Counted from the first letter of the stretch, positions 8,806 to 18,976 are shown. The stretch is DNA of 64,000 bases from Pseudomonadota bacterium (GCA_023423935.1 JAFAEQ010000058.1:48943-112942), one strand, 5' to 3'. The notes: a model not told the origin generated them from the letters alone. Program-made: numbers and translations.

Positions 8806-8997
8806 TTACTTGGTGAGGATCAGCTTGTTACTGCTCGTGACGCGCAGTCGATACAGCGAACCCGCATGCTCGATCAGGATCTCACGCGCCTTGCCGAACA
8901 AGCGGTCCGAGGGAACGCAGGGCAAGGAAGCAGATCTAGCCTCGATCCGAGGCTGGGAACCGCGATCGACCGAAGGTTTGGCGCTGTGCTCATCCAT
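8806..8997 (-). CDS. hemP: Hemin uptake protein HemP/HmuP
   Basis: SDRLF...EILIEHAGSLYRLRVTSSNKLILTK signature C-terminus; adjacent Fur box. Confidence 0.9.
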   Translation of the reverse strand: MDEHSAKPSVDRGSQPRIEARSASLPCVPSDRLFGKAREILIEHAGSLYRLRVTSSNKLILTK

Positions 8998-9000
8998 GAG

Positions 9001-9019
9001 CTAAATGATAATTATTCTC
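9001..9019. promoter_or_regulatory. Fur box upstream of hemP
   Basis: CTAAATGATAATTATTCTC, 14/19 match to GATAATGATAATCATTATC. Confidence 0.8.
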
Positions 9020-9061
9020 AATAACTATGCAAGCCGCGTTTTTCGACAGCCTCCGCTTTGA

Positions 9062-9652
9062 TCAGACGAGGAACAGGAGCGCCGTGCCCGTGGTGGCGAT
9101 CGCCGCCCCAAACCACCGGGCAAATCGAACGGAGTGTTGACGGGTCATCCAGCCGATGAACAGTCCGGCGGCATGAAGAATGACCGTCGCCGCTACGAAG
9201 CCCGCGACATAGCCGCCGAGAACGGAACCCGCGCTTTCGGCAACGTGCGCATATCCATGAAAAATCGCGAAAACGCCCACGAGCGCCAGACTGGCGAGAA
9301 GCGGCAACCGCACACCGACAGCGATCAGCGTGCCGAACGTAATCACGGATAGCGCGATCATCGGCTCGATCGCGGGCAGCGCGATCCGGGCAGCCGCAAG
9401 CAGTCCGCCCACGATCATCATCAACGGGAACGCCACAGGTAGCACGATGGCCGGCACCCGACCGAGTCTCGCAGCCCAGAGCCCGACGGCAATCATCGCG
9501 AGAAGGTGATCGAGCCCCGTGAAAGGATGGGCAAAGCCCGCCATGGCATCGTGGACGGCGTGATCGCCCGGATGGGCCAGGCCTGTCGCGGGCAACAACG
9601 CAGTAAAACCGCAGATCACCAGCCATCGAAGACGTTGCGAGCTTGAAGTCAT
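9062..9652 (-). CDS. HupE/UreJ family Ni/Co transporter
   Basis: AHPG...GFAHPFTGLDHLLAMIAVGLWA, FHGYAH motifs. Confidence 0.92.
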   Translation of the reverse strand: MTSSSQRLRWLVICGFTALLPATGLAHPGDHAVHDAMAGFAHPFTGLDHLLAMIAVGLWAARLGRVPAIVLPVAFPLMMIVGGLLAAARIALPAIEPMIALSVITFGTLIAVGVRLPLLASLALVGVFAIFHGYAHVAESAGSVLGGYVAGFVAATVILHAAGLFIGWMTRQHSVRFARWFGAAIATTGTALLFLV

Positions 9653-9783
9653 GGCAATTCCGATGTGATTGGAACGAACTGCCAGCGACGATAACGAGCG
9701 CATCGACAGCTGACAAACGTCATTCGACGTATCCCCTGCCCTCACCGACTCTTCACACGGAACGGTTGACGGCCCGCTCCCGC

Positions 9784-9799
9784 CCACCATATCTTGTGT
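9784..9799. promoter_or_regulatory. NrdR box overlapping a putative -10 element
   Basis: CCACCATATCTTGTGT versus consensus acaCwAtATaTwGtgt; TTGACG at 9766-9771. Confidence 0.75.
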
Positions 9800-10001
9800 C
9801 CGCCAGCGGTGCCCACCCCAACAGGATGGGCCTAAGAGGGAATCCGGTGCGCGCGATCGATTCGATCCGCAATTCCGGAACTGCCCCGCAGCGGTAATCG
9901 GGAACGAAAGACGTCGAGAACACTGTGGCTTGCGCCATGGGAAGTGACGTCCGGTAGATCAGACCTGCACAGGTCCCGCCCGAGAGTCCGAAGACCTGCC
10001 G
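9800..10001 (+). ncRNA. Cobalamin (AdoCbl) riboswitch
   Basis: AAGAGGGAATCCGGTG...AATTCCGGAACTGCCCCGCAGCGGTAA...CACTG...GGGAAG...AGTCCGAAGACCTGCC (B12 box). Confidence 0.93.
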
Positions 10002-10212
10002 CGGACGTCGCGCCTGAGCGCGCGATGAAGGCTGTCGGGCTCTCGTGGGAGGAGCTGGCGGAAATTGCGCGCGCATCTGTGTTGCGAACGCATTCCTCCA
10101 TTTCGTCCGTCGTGGTCCGACTGAAACGCTCGCGGGAGCGGAAGGCCACGATCGACGCATTCCACGCGGCAGATCGCGGCTGTTCGTTCCCCCGGCCATA
10201 TCGGGGATACAC

Positions 10213-12597
10213 ATGCATCTGGACGCTTCCACGCCGCATCAGGCGCAACAGGGTTTTCAGCTCACCTCTCCACCTGCAGCGCGCACGCAGATGCGCGTGA
10301 CCAAGCGCAGCGGCGATCACGAGCCGGTCGACGTGAACAAGATCGTGCGCGCTGTCGCGCGGTGCTGCGATGGCCTGAGTTCCGTCGACCCGCTGCGCGT
10401 CGCTCTCAAAACCATCGCTGGCCTCTACGACGGCGCGACCACGCGCGAGCTCGATGAACTGTCGATCCGTACGGCTGCTTCGTTCACTTTCGAAGAACCG
10501 GAATACTCCAAGCTCGCCGCCCGGCTGCTCGCTGGATTCATCGACAAGGAAGTGACGGGACTTGGCGTCTATTCCTTCTCGCAATCCATCCGACTCGGAT
10601 TCGATGTCGGGCTCATCAACGATCGCGTCCTCGCGTTCGTCGAAGCGAACGCGCGCAAACTCAATGACTCCGTCGATGCGACGCGCACGAGCGCCTTCGA
10701 ATACTTCGGATTGCGAACGCTGTACGACCGTTATTTGTTGAAGCATCCGACGCGGCGGCTGGTGCTCGAAACGCCCCAGCAGTTCTGGATGCGTATCGCC
10801 GTGGCGCTGAGCTCGACGGTGCATGACGCACTGGATCTCTATCATCTGTTCTCGAATCTCGACTACATCCCGAGCTCGCCCACGCTGTTCAACGCGGGCA
10901 CGCGCCACGAACAACTCTCGAGCTGCTTCCTGCTGGATTCGCCGCTGGATTCTCTCGAATCGATCTACGAGAAATACCGCGACATTGCCCTGCTCTCCAA
11001 GTTCTCCGGCGGCATCGGCGTGGCGTGGCACCGCATTCGTTCGGAGGGGTCGCTGATTCGCGCGACCAACGGCTTATCGAATGGCATCGTGCCGTGGCTC
11101 AAAACGCTGGACTCCTCTGTCGCCGCAGTGAACCAGGGCGGCAAGCGCAAAGGCGCGGCGTGTGTCTATCTCGAACCCTGGCATGCCGATATCGAGGCGT
11201 TCCTCGAACTGCGCGACAACACCGGCGACGAAGCTCGCCGCACGCATCACATCAACATCGCGAACTGGATCCCCGATCTGTTCATGCGGCGCGTCGAGTC
11301 GGACGAAGCATGGTCGCTGTTCGATCCGAAAGATGTGCCGGAGCTGCCGGATCTGTTCGGAGCGGACTTCGACCAGGCCTATCTGCAAGCCGAAGCCCGC
11401 GGGCTTGCGCGAAAAACGCTGCGGGCGCGCGATCTGTATGCGCGCATGATGCGTGTGCTCGCGCAGACCGGGAACGGCTGGATGACGTTCAAGGACAAGA
11501 GCAATCGTGCGAGCAATCAGACAGCGAAAAGCAGCAACGTGATTCACCTGTCGAACCTCTGCACCGAGATTCTGGAAGTGACCAGCAGCGACGAATCCGC
11601 CGTCTGCAATCTCGGCTCGATCAACCTGGCCCGCCATGCGGGGCCCGACGGCTTCGACTTCGACAAACTTGCAGTGTCGGTCCAGATCGCCGTGCGACAG
11701 CTGGATCGCGTCATCGATCTGAACTTCTATCCGATCGACAAGACCCGCGCGTCGAATCTGCGCTGGCGTCCCGTCGGACTCGGCGTCATGGGCCTGCAGG
11801 ATGTGTTCTTTCGGTTGCGCATGGCATTCGACAGCGATCCGGCACGCGAGTTGTCGACACGCATCGCCGAAACCATCTACTTCCATGCACTGCAGACATC
11901 GATGGAGCTCGCTCGTGAACTCGGCGCGCATCCGGCATTTGGCGATACTCGCGCGGCGCAAGGTGAGCTGCAGTTCGATGCGTGGGGCGTGGCGCCACGC
12001 GACATACAAGCATGGGATCAGCTTCGCGAGCAGATCAGACAGCATGGCTTGCGCAACAGTCTTCTCATCGCCATCGCCCCCACCGCGACCATCGCATCGA
12101 TCGCAGGCTGCTACGAATGCATCGAGCCGCAGGTGTCGAACCTGTTCAAACGCGAAACGCTCTCCGGCGATTTTCTGCAGATCAACCGCTACCTGGTCGA
12201 TGAGCTCAAACAACTCGGCCTGTGGACCGATGAGATGCGCGACGCCATCAAGGTTGCGGACGGCTCGGTCCAGGGACTCAGCGCACTTCCCGAAGAACTG
12301 CGCTCGATTTATCGCACGGCGTGGGAGCTGCCGATGCGTGCACTCATCGATCTGGCGGCAGATCGCGGCGCATTCATCGATCAGAGCCAGTCGCTCAATC
12401 TGTTCATTGCCAATCCCAACATCGGACAGCTCTCCAGCATGTACATGTATGCGTGGAAGCGAGGGTTGAAGACGACTTACTACCTCAGATCGCGTCCCGC
12501 GACTCACATCGCCAAGACGACCGTAAGCGCCAACAGTGATCGCGAAGCGGTGGTGTGCTCGCTCGAGAATCCCGAGAGCTGCGAGGCATGCCAATGA
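10213..12597 (+). CDS. nrdA: Class I ribonucleotide reductase alpha subunit
   Basis: ATP cone (VTKRSG), PSSPTLFNAG, LSSCFL, SNLCTEI, IAPTAT, KTTYYLR, C-terminal CEAC. Confidence 0.97.
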   Translation: MHLDASTPHQAQQGFQLTSPPAARTQMRVTKRSGDHEPVDVNKIVRAVARCCDGLSSVDPLRVALKTIAGLYDGATTRELDELSIRTAASFTFEEPEYSKLAARLLAGFIDKEVTGLGVYSFSQSIRLGFDVGLINDRVLAFVEANARKLNDSVDATRTSAFEYFGLRTLYDRYLLKHPTRRLVLETPQQFWMRIAVALSSTVHDALDLYHLFSNLDYIPSSPTLFNAGTRHEQLSSCFLLDSPLDSLESIYEKYRDIALLSKFSGGIGVAWHRIRSEGSLIRATNGLSNGIVPWLKTLDSSVAAVNQGGKRKGAACVYLEPWHADIEAFLELRDNTGDEARRTHHINIANWIPDLFMRRVESDEAWSLFDPKDVPELPDLFGADFDQAYLQAEARGLARKTLRARDLYARMMRVLAQTGNGWMTFKDKSNRASNQTAKSSNVIHLSNLCTEILEVTSSDESAVCNLGSINLARHAGPDGFDFDKLAVSVQIAVRQLDRVIDLNFYPIDKTRASNLRWRPVGLGVMGLQDVFFRLRMAFDSDPARELSTRIAETIYFHALQTSMELARELGAHPAFGDTRAAQGELQFDAWGVAPRDIQAWDQLREQIRQHGLRNSLLIAIAPTATIASIAGCYECIEPQVSNLFKRETLSGDFLQINRYLVDELKQLGLWTDEMRDAIKVADGSVQGLSALPEELRSIYRTAWELPMRALIDLAADRGAFIDQSQSLNLFIANPNIGQLSSMYMYAWKRGLKTTYYLRSRPATHIAKTTVSANSDREAVVCSLENPESCEACQ

Positions 12598-12667
12598 ATG
12601 AATATGAACGCGGCGCACGAGTCGCGCTTAGCCACCGGTGCCTGACACGAACTCAAAGGAATCGACC

Positions 12668-13675
12668 ATGAATGCTTGCCTGTTGGATGCGGGATTCGAT
12701 CTGACGCTGCGGCCGATGCGTTACCCGCGGTTCTACGATATGTATCGAAGTGCCATCAAGAACACATGGACCGTCGAAGAAATCGATTTTCAGATCGATC
12801 TCGGACACCTGCGGCAACGGATGACGCCTGCGGACCGGCATCTGATCGAACGGCTCGTCGCGTTCTTTGCGACCGGCGATTCGATCGTCTCGAACAATCT
12901 GGTCATCAGCCTTTACAAGCACATCAATGCGCCGGAGGCGCGCATGTACCTGTCGCGGCAGCTGTTCGAAGAAGCGCTGCACATTCAGTTCTATCTGACG
13001 TTGCTCGACAACTATGTGCCCGACCAGGCTCGCCGCGCGCAGGCGTTTGCTTCGATCGAGAACATCCCTTCGATCCGGCGCAAAGCCGAGTTCTGTCAGC
13101 GCTGGAGCGATGCCGTATTCACGCTCGACAGGATTCGCACCGATGAGGACAAGAGACGTTTCCTGCTGAACCTGACCTGCTTTGCGAGTTGCATCGAGGG
13201 ATTGTTCTTTTTCGGCGCGTTCGCCTACGTGTACTTCCTGCGCTCACGCGGATTGCTTCCGGGGCTCGCCGCCGGCACGAACTGGGTCTTTCGCGACGAG
13301 AGCGCGCACATGGCCTTCGCCTTCGAGGTCATCAATACGGTTCGTCGTGAGGAGCCGCATTTGTTCGACGAGCAATGGCGATCGCAGGTGCGCGCGATGA
13401 TCGAAGAAGCCGTCGCATGCGAGTCCGCCTTTGCCGACGACGTGCTCGCAGGCGGCGTCATCGGCCTGACACGGATCGAAATGCGGCAGTACCTCGAATA
13501 CGTGGCCGATCAACGCCTGGTCATGCTGGGTCTGCAACCGCACTTCGGAGCGCGCAATCCGCTGCCGTTCATGGAGCTGCAGGATGTGCAGGAGTTGACC
13601 AACTTCTTCGAGCGCCGTGTCTCGGCATATCAGGTGGGTGTGCAAGGGGAAGTCGCCTTCGACCAGGCGTTCTGA
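12668..13675 (+). CDS. nrdB: Class I ribonucleotide reductase beta subunit
   Basis: FFATGD, EALHxxxY, EGLFF, RDESAH, TNFFERRVSAY; AAGGA RBS. Confidence 0.96.
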   Translation: MNACLLDAGFDLTLRPMRYPRFYDMYRSAIKNTWTVEEIDFQIDLGHLRQRMTPADRHLIERLVAFFATGDSIVSNNLVISLYKHINAPEARMYLSRQLFEEALHIQFYLTLLDNYVPDQARRAQAFASIENIPSIRRKAEFCQRWSDAVFTLDRIRTDEDKRRFLLNLTCFASCIEGLFFFGAFAYVYFLRSRGLLPGLAAGTNWVFRDESAHMAFAFEVINTVRREEPHLFDEQWRSQVRAMIEEAVACESAFADDVLAGGVIGLTRIEMRQYLEYVADQRLVMLGLQPHFGARNPLPFMELQDVQELTNFFERRVSAYQVGVQGEVAFDQAF

Positions 13676-13752
13676 CCGGGCAAGCACGGCAGACACTGCG
13701 GCCGATATCGACAGGATGGTGCGAGAGCGCCCGACTCTTGCGCGGCTGCGTT

Positions 13753-13771
13753 GCCAATAAGAATCATTCTC
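13753..13771. promoter_or_regulatory. Fur box upstream of the PepSY cluster
   Basis: GCCAATAAGAATCATTCTC, 14/19 match to consensus. Confidence 0.75.
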
Positions 13772-13806
13772 AACTATGATGCGGTCATTCTGTCCCGCCC
13801 GTTCGA

Positions 13807-14457
13807 ATGATGATGGCCGAAGCCGCCCGTGCGACCACACCCCAGATGCAAAAGAGCCGAGCCTTCTGGCTCAAGCACTTGCATCAATGGCATTGGGTAA
13901 GTGCGGCGGGATGCCTGATCGGGCTGCTGCTCTTCAGCATTACCGGGTTCACGCTCAACCACGCCTCCGCGATCGGCTCGAGACCTGAGGTCACCACTCG
14001 TATCGGTGAGCTGCCCGGACCTCTGCTGCAGCAATTGCAGGCCGCAGATCGTTCATCGTCGACGTCGCTGCCGGGCGAGCTCGTGCGATGGCTTCGGGAT
14101 GAGTTTTCGGTTCGTGCCGCGAGCGACAAGGCCGAGTGGTCGGAGGACGAGATCTATCTGTCGCTGCCCCGACCCGGCGGCGACGCCTGGCTCACGATCG
14201 ACCTGGCGAACGGCGAAGTCACGCATGAAGTCACACGCCGCGGCTGGATCTCGTATCTGAACGATCTGCACAAGGGCCGCAATACGGGGCCCGCCTGGAG
14301 TTTGTTCATCGACGTTTTCGCATTCGCCGTGCTGGTCTTCGCCATCACTGGATTGTTGCTGCTGAAGATGCATTCGACGCACCGGCCGGCGACCTGGCCC
14401 ATGGTGACACTCGGCGTCGTCCTGCCGCTCGTTCTCGCCCTGCTGTTCATTCACTAA
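13807..14457 (+). CDS. PepSY-associated TM helix membrane protein
   Basis: LHQWHWVS, FSITGFTLNH, YLNDLHKGRNTG motifs. Confidence 0.88.
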   Translation: MMMAEAARATTPQMQKSRAFWLKHLHQWHWVSAAGCLIGLLLFSITGFTLNHASAIGSRPEVTTRIGELPGPLLQQLQAADRSSSTSLPGELVRWLRDEFSVRAASDKAEWSEDEIYLSLPRPGGDAWLTIDLANGEVTHEVTRRGWISYLNDLHKGRNTGPAWSLFIDVFAFAVLVFAITGLLLLKMHSTHRPATWPMVTLGVVLPLVLALLFIH

Positions 14458-14466
14458 GAAGACGCT

Positions 14467-14994
14467 ATGACTTTCAGACAGCTCACTTCGAGCACTGCAG
14501 TACTCCTCGCCGCGATGGCCGCTTGCGCGACGACGCAGGCAGCGGATCTCACCGTGAAGGTGCAGATTCCGAGGTTGAACGTGGCGGAGTATCACCGTCC
14601 TTACGTTGCGATCTGGATCGAGAATCCCGATCAGAGCGTCGCGAAGCACCTTGCGGTCTGGTATCAGACCGACAAGAAAAAAGAAGACGGCACGCAGTGG
14701 CTGAAAGATCTGCGTCAGTGGTGGCGCCGCGGCGGACGTGAGCAAACCATGCCGATCGATGGCGTAACTGGTGCCACGCGCCCTGTCGGCGAACACACAT
14801 TGCAGTTCAAGAGCGGCGACAAGCAGATCGCAGGTCTACCCAACGGCAGCTACAACCTCGTCGTGGAAGCCGTGCGCGAAGTCGGCGGCCGCGAGCTGCT
14901 GCGCGTGCCGTTCGAATGGCCCGGCACCCAGCCCCAACACGCGAGCGCGCAGGGAAAGACCGAGCTCGGCACGATCACCCTCGACATCCAGTAA
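14467..14994 (+). CDS. DUF2271 domain exported protein
   Basis: Signal peptide; [30 protein letters not shown]. Confidence 0.88.
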   Translation: MTFRQLTSSTAVLLAAMAACATTQAADLTVKVQIPRLNVAEYHRPYVAIWIENPDQSVAKHLAVWYQTDKKKEDGTQWLKDLRQWWRRGGREQTMPIDGVTGATRPVGEHTLQFKSGDKQIAGLPNGSYNLVVEAVREVGGRELLRVPFEWPGTQPQHASAQGKTELGTITLDIQ

Positions 14995-15016
14995 CCGTCC
15001 CGATCGAGAGCCTCCC

Positions 15017-15826
15017 ATGAATCGCAAAACACGCTTCCTCGCATTGGCATTCGCTGCCGCCCTCCTGCCACTCACGACGCAGGCTCACAAAGCGTGGCTG
15101 CTGCCCTCCGCCACCGTGACGACGGTCGATCAATGGATCACGGTCGACGCTGCGGTGTCGAACGATCTCTTCTACTTCAACCATGTGCCCTTGCGCGTCG
15201 AAGGGCTGGTGATCACCGCGCCCGATGGCTCGACAGTCACGGCCGAAAATCTGGCGACGGGCAAGTACCGCACCACCTTCGATGTGCATCTCACTCAGAA
15301 CGGAACGTATCGGCTTGCGAACGTGAATCGCGGCGTGTCCGCAAGCTATGACGACAACGGCACGACGAAACGCTGGCGCGGCACGCTGGAGAACTTCGCG
15401 AAAGAAGTCCCGGCTAATGCCAAGAATCTGCAGGTGAGTGAAGCAGCTGGTCGCGTCGAGACGTTCGTCACCGCCGGCAAGCCAACACTGGAAGCACTTA
15501 AGCCGTCGAACGTGGGTCTCGAGCTCGTGCCCGTGACGCATCCGAACGATCTGTATGCCGGCGAAGAGGCGACCTTCCGTCTGCTGCTCGACGGCAAACC
15601 TGCCGCCAAGCAGGAAATCGAGATCGTCGCTGGCGGCACGCGCTATCGCGATCATCAGCAGGAGATCAAGGTCACGACCGATGATGCCGGTGAGTTCAAA
15701 GTCACGTGGCCGCAGCCCGGCATGTACTGGCTGGAAAGCACGCTGCAGGACGACAAGACCTCGATCAAGGCTGCCAAGCAGCGACGCGTGAGCTACGTCG
15801 CCACCTTCGAAGTGCTGGCGCAATAA
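15017..15826 (+). CDS. DUF4198 domain periplasmic protein
   Basis: Signal peptide ending [28 protein letters not shown]. Confidence 0.85.
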   Translation: MNRKTRFLALAFAAALLPLTTQAHKAWLLPSATVTTVDQWITVDAAVSNDLFYFNHVPLRVEGLVITAPDGSTVTAENLATGKYRTTFDVHLTQNGTYRLANVNRGVSASYDDNGTTKRWRGTLENFAKEVPANAKNLQVSEAAGRVETFVTAGKPTLEALKPSNVGLELVPVTHPNDLYAGEEATFRLLLDGKPAAKQEIEIVAGGTRYRDHQQEIKVTTDDAGEFKVTWPQPGMYWLESTLQDDKTSIKAAKQRRVSYVATFEVLAQ

Positions 15827-15836
15827 GCCAGGACAC

Positions 15837-17207
15837 GTGGACCTGGTGGCTGAGATCGGTGCCGCGCGGCTGGCTGCGGCCGGGGCACTTGCGCTCGCAC
15901 AGATCGCATTCACGATCTGGTGTTTTCGCAGGCGATCGGCAACACCCGCTTCGTCGAGCAGCGCGGCGAGTTCACAGCAAACCCTGGTCGCCTACGCAAG
16001 CCAGACGGGATTTGCACAGCAGCTTGCCGCTCAAACCGCAGCATCGCTGGGCAGTGCTAGGCCGACACGTCTGCTGTCGTTCTCCGATCTGAACACGGAG
16101 AGCCTGAAAGACTGCGAACGTGCCCTGTTCGTCGTCAGCACGACCGGTGAAGGCGATGCGCCTGATGCTGCCGCTCGTTTCGTGCAACGCGTGTTGGGCA
16201 CACACACGCCTCTCGAGAACCTGCGCTACGGCGTGCTCGCACTGGGCGATCGCGAGTACCGCAACTTCTGTGCGTTCGGTCATCGGCTCGATGGCTGGCT
16301 GCGACGTCAAGGCGCGGTGCCGCTGTTCGATGTGGTCGAAGTCGATAACGGCGATGAAGGCGCACTGCGACACTGGCAGCATCAATTGAGCGTTCTGACC
16401 GGCACACCCGATCTGCCCGATTGGGTGACACCGCAATACGAGGCCTGGAAGCTGGTCGAGCGGACGCTGGTCAATCCCGGCAGCGCAGGCGACCCCTGTT
16501 ATCACCTCGTCCTCTCACCGCCCTCCCCGGCGCATTTGACCTGGCAGGCAGGCGATATTGCCGAGATCGATCCGCGCAACTCGAGCATCGCAGGCGCAGA
16601 ACGTCTCCCGCATCGCGAATACTCTATCGCCTCCATTCCCACAGACGGCGCCGTGCACCTCCTTGTGCGCCAGATGCGTCGCGACGACGGATCGCTTGGG
16701 CTCGGCAGCGGCTGGCTCACGGCCGAGGCTGCCATTGGCACGCCCATCGCGCTACGTATTCGCAGCAACGAGAACTTCCATCCGCCTGCTAACGATCGAC
16801 CGGTGATCCTGATCGGGAACGGGACCGGCATTGCAGGCCTGCGCGCGTTGCTCAAGGCGCGTATCGCTGCCGGACATCGGCGCAACTGGCTGATGTTCGG
16901 CGAGCGCAATGTTGCGACCGATCAGTTCTATGCGAGCGACATCGAGCAGTGGCGACGCGACGGATGGATCGCCGAGCTCGATCTGGTGTTCTCGCGCGAT
17001 CAAACCGCGAAACGTTACGTGCAGCATCGAGTGCTGGAGCGAGCCGGTGAGATTCGCGGCTGGATCGACTCAGGGGCCGCAATTTACGTGTGCGGCAGCC
17101 TTCAAGGCATGGCGCCCGGCGTGCATGCCGCGCTCATCGAGATCGTGGGCAGCGATGCGCTCGAGGAATTGAGCGCAACAGGCCGATACCGGCGCGACGT
17201 GTATTGA
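15837..17207 (+). CDS. Membrane-anchored flavodoxin/FAD-NADPH reductase (CysJ-like)
   Basis: YASQTGFA, STTGEGDAP, LGDREY, REYSIAS, IGNGTGIAG, YVCG, RYRRDVY. Confidence 0.9.
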   Translation: MDLVAEIGAARLAAAGALALAQIAFTIWCFRRRSATPASSSSAASSQQTLVAYASQTGFAQQLAAQTAASLGSARPTRLLSFSDLNTESLKDCERALFVVSTTGEGDAPDAAARFVQRVLGTHTPLENLRYGVLALGDREYRNFCAFGHRLDGWLRRQGAVPLFDVVEVDNGDEGALRHWQHQLSVLTGTPDLPDWVTPQYEAWKLVERTLVNPGSAGDPCYHLVLSPPSPAHLTWQAGDIAEIDPRNSSIAGAERLPHREYSIASIPTDGAVHLLVRQMRRDDGSLGLGSGWLTAEAAIGTPIALRIRSNENFHPPANDRPVILIGNGTGIAGLRALLKARIAAGHRRNWLMFGERNVATDQFYASDIEQWRRDGWIAELDLVFSRDQTAKRYVQHRVLERAGEIRGWIDSGAAIYVCGSLQGMAPGVHAALIEIVGSDALEELSATGRYRRDVY

Positions 17208-17570
17208 TTACCAGCCCCAGGTGAGCGCGCGCGGATGTGCCTCGCCCCGATCCAGAAACTTGAGCGCACGCGTGACTCGCAACACTCCCCAGATCAGCCA
17301 CCCGAGCAGAAGCACGGCTCCGATCGGCCTGGCAGCAGTCGCGAGGCCACAGGCCAGAAACACCAGCCCCATCCAGAACGTGCGAATCTGAAACCGGAAG
17401 TGAGACTGCAGCCATTGAGATGACGAAGGCCGGTGAATGTATGCCATCACCACACCGACCACGGCTGTCACGCCGGCTGCCAATCCGCATAAATAGAGAA
17501 CGTAGATCAGCCGCGCGCTATCGCGGTCCGAGGCCTCGTCCGATTCGGCCGTTTCGCTGATTCCATACAT
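17208..17570 (-). CDS. DUF4870-like membrane protein
   Basis: IYVLYL...GVVMAY...SHFRFQIRTFW; AGGAG RBS. Confidence 0.8.
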   Translation of the reverse strand: MYGISETAESDEASDRDSARLIYVLYLCGLAAGVTAVVGVVMAYIHRPSSSQWLQSHFRFQIRTFWMGLVFLACGLATAARPIGAVLLLGWLIWGVLRVTRALKFLDRGEAHPRALTWGW

Positions 17571-17864
17571 GAGCGGCACTCCTGCCAGCGATGGCGCGAT
17601 TGTGTGCCTCGACTGCCGCATACACAACGGCAGGAATAGCGAACGTTCGTCCAGACATCGTCCGTAACATCTGAACTTGTCCCTTTGGGGTGATGTCTAT
17701 TGCGCCGAAATCTACTAAGTGTTGCGGCGAAGAACGCGCGCACTGTCAAATCGGCCGTGCGAATCGTGTCTCGGAGGAATCACTTTCCTGCCTGCACAGC
17801 CGATGATTCTCCGGGATTCGCAGCGTAAGCTCGCTTCGAGATTGATGGATTGGTGCAGACACTC

Positions 17865-18047
17865 ATGCTTCGAACCGTGATCAGAATCGTCGTCGGCCTT
17901 CTCATTGGAGGCGCGTTTGCCCTCGCAATGTTGGCCGCGTACGCGGCGGATGTGTTCGACCGTGAAGACGGTCGCGTCCGTAATGGAACCACAAGCGTCT
18001 CTCCGGAGTCTTTGCACCGCGTTTACCCACCGGACAGGGCAACATGA
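17865..18047 (+). CDS. Small membrane or exported hypothetical protein
   Basis: Hydrophobic N-terminus; stop overlaps next start (ATGA). Confidence 0.5.
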   Translation: MLRTVIRIVVGLLIGGAFALAMLAAYAADVFDREDGRVRNGTTSVSPESLHRVYPPDRAT

Positions 18048-18235
18048 GCACTACCATGAACAACACCCAACTTTTCCGGCCCTCGAGCTCCATTCCTCTG
18101 GCGCTGCCCGAGGCAGCCAAGAGACTCGAGGAAGCATGGGAGCGCCGTCGGCAGGAATTGGCAGGCTGGCAGCCTTCGAACGGATGGCTCATCGATCCGG
18201 TAGCCAGCAACCGACGCACGACGAACCGCCGTTGA
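18044..18235 (+). CDS. Small hypothetical protein
   Basis: Coupled to neighbours by ATGA and TGATG overlaps. Confidence 0.45.
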   Translation: MSTTMNNTQLFRPSSSIPLALPEAAKRLEEAWERRRQELAGWQPSNGWLIDPVASNRRTTNRR

Positions 18236-18468
18236 TGCAGACAATTGCGCGCGGACGCTATCGGCACTTCAAAGGCAACGAATACGAAGTGATCGATGTT
18301 GCTCGGGACAGCGAAACCGAGCAGCCCGTAGTCATCTATCGCGCTCTTTATGGCGACTACGGCCTATGGGTGCGTCCGCTCGCAGTATTCACGGAAATCA
18401 TCGAACGCGACGGCAAGCGCCAACCGCGCTTCGAGCGTATCGAAGAACCGATCGACAGCGCGCGATGA
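18235..18468 (+). CDS. DUF1653 domain protein
   Basis: GRYRHFKGNEYEV...SETEQPVVIYRALYGDYGLWVRP. Confidence 0.88.
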   Translation: MQTIARGRYRHFKGNEYEVIDVARDSETEQPVVIYRALYGDYGLWVRPLAVFTEIIERDGKRQPRFERIEEPIDSAR

Positions 18469-18469
18469 C

Positions 18470-18976
18470 TCAGGCGCCGATAGGGACGAATCGGCCCTGC
18501 TGGCGATCTTTCTTTACCTCTGCGGCCCGGAATACCTGCCCGTTCATCGCGATGTAGACGCCGGGCGAGAGCACCTGCGCTGCCGCGAAGGCCATGCCCA
18601 GATTGAAGGTGGCATCGCTCTCGCTGAACCGAGCTGGCGCAAGTGCGCCTGTCATGACGATCACTTTCTCTGAAAGCTGCGCCAGCACGCTTGCCGAGTC
18701 AGTCATCGTGTCAGTGCCATGAGTCACGACGATCCTGCGCTCGGGCATGCCTGCGATCGTGTCGCGCAGCCGCGCGCGATCATCGTCCGTGAGATCGAGG
18801 CTGTCCTTGCGTAACAGCTCGACGATGCGCCACGGATACATTACGCGACCGGCTTTGAGCAACTGAGCGACCATGGTCTCGCCCACCTGGTACTCGCTCA
18901 GTGCATCGAAATAGGCTTTGTCGATCGTCCCGCCGGTCGTGACGATCGCGATGTTTTCGGGGCTCGCTGCGGACAT
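18470..18976 (-). CDS. Short asparaginase-domain protein
   Basis: TTGGTIDK and THGTDTM motifs; N-terminal catalytic domain only (168 aa). Confidence 0.9.
   Translation of the reverse strand: MSAASPENIAIVTTGGTIDKAYFDALSEYQVGETMVAQLLKAGRVMYPWRIVELLRKDSLDLTDDDRARLRDTIAGMPERRIVVTHGTDTMTDSASVLAQLSEKVIVMTGALAPARFSESDATFNLGMAFAAAQVLSPGVYIAMNGQVFRAAEVKKDRQQGRFVPIGA

Noticed and set aside
12668..13675. Unusual RNR beta subclass (Ic or metal-free)
   Set aside because: Asp first ligand, both ExxH motifs and the radical Tyr are present, so it looks canonical.
18470..18976. Asparaginase pseudogene
   Set aside because: Intact ORF with both catalytic Thr motifs; short single-domain forms are common.
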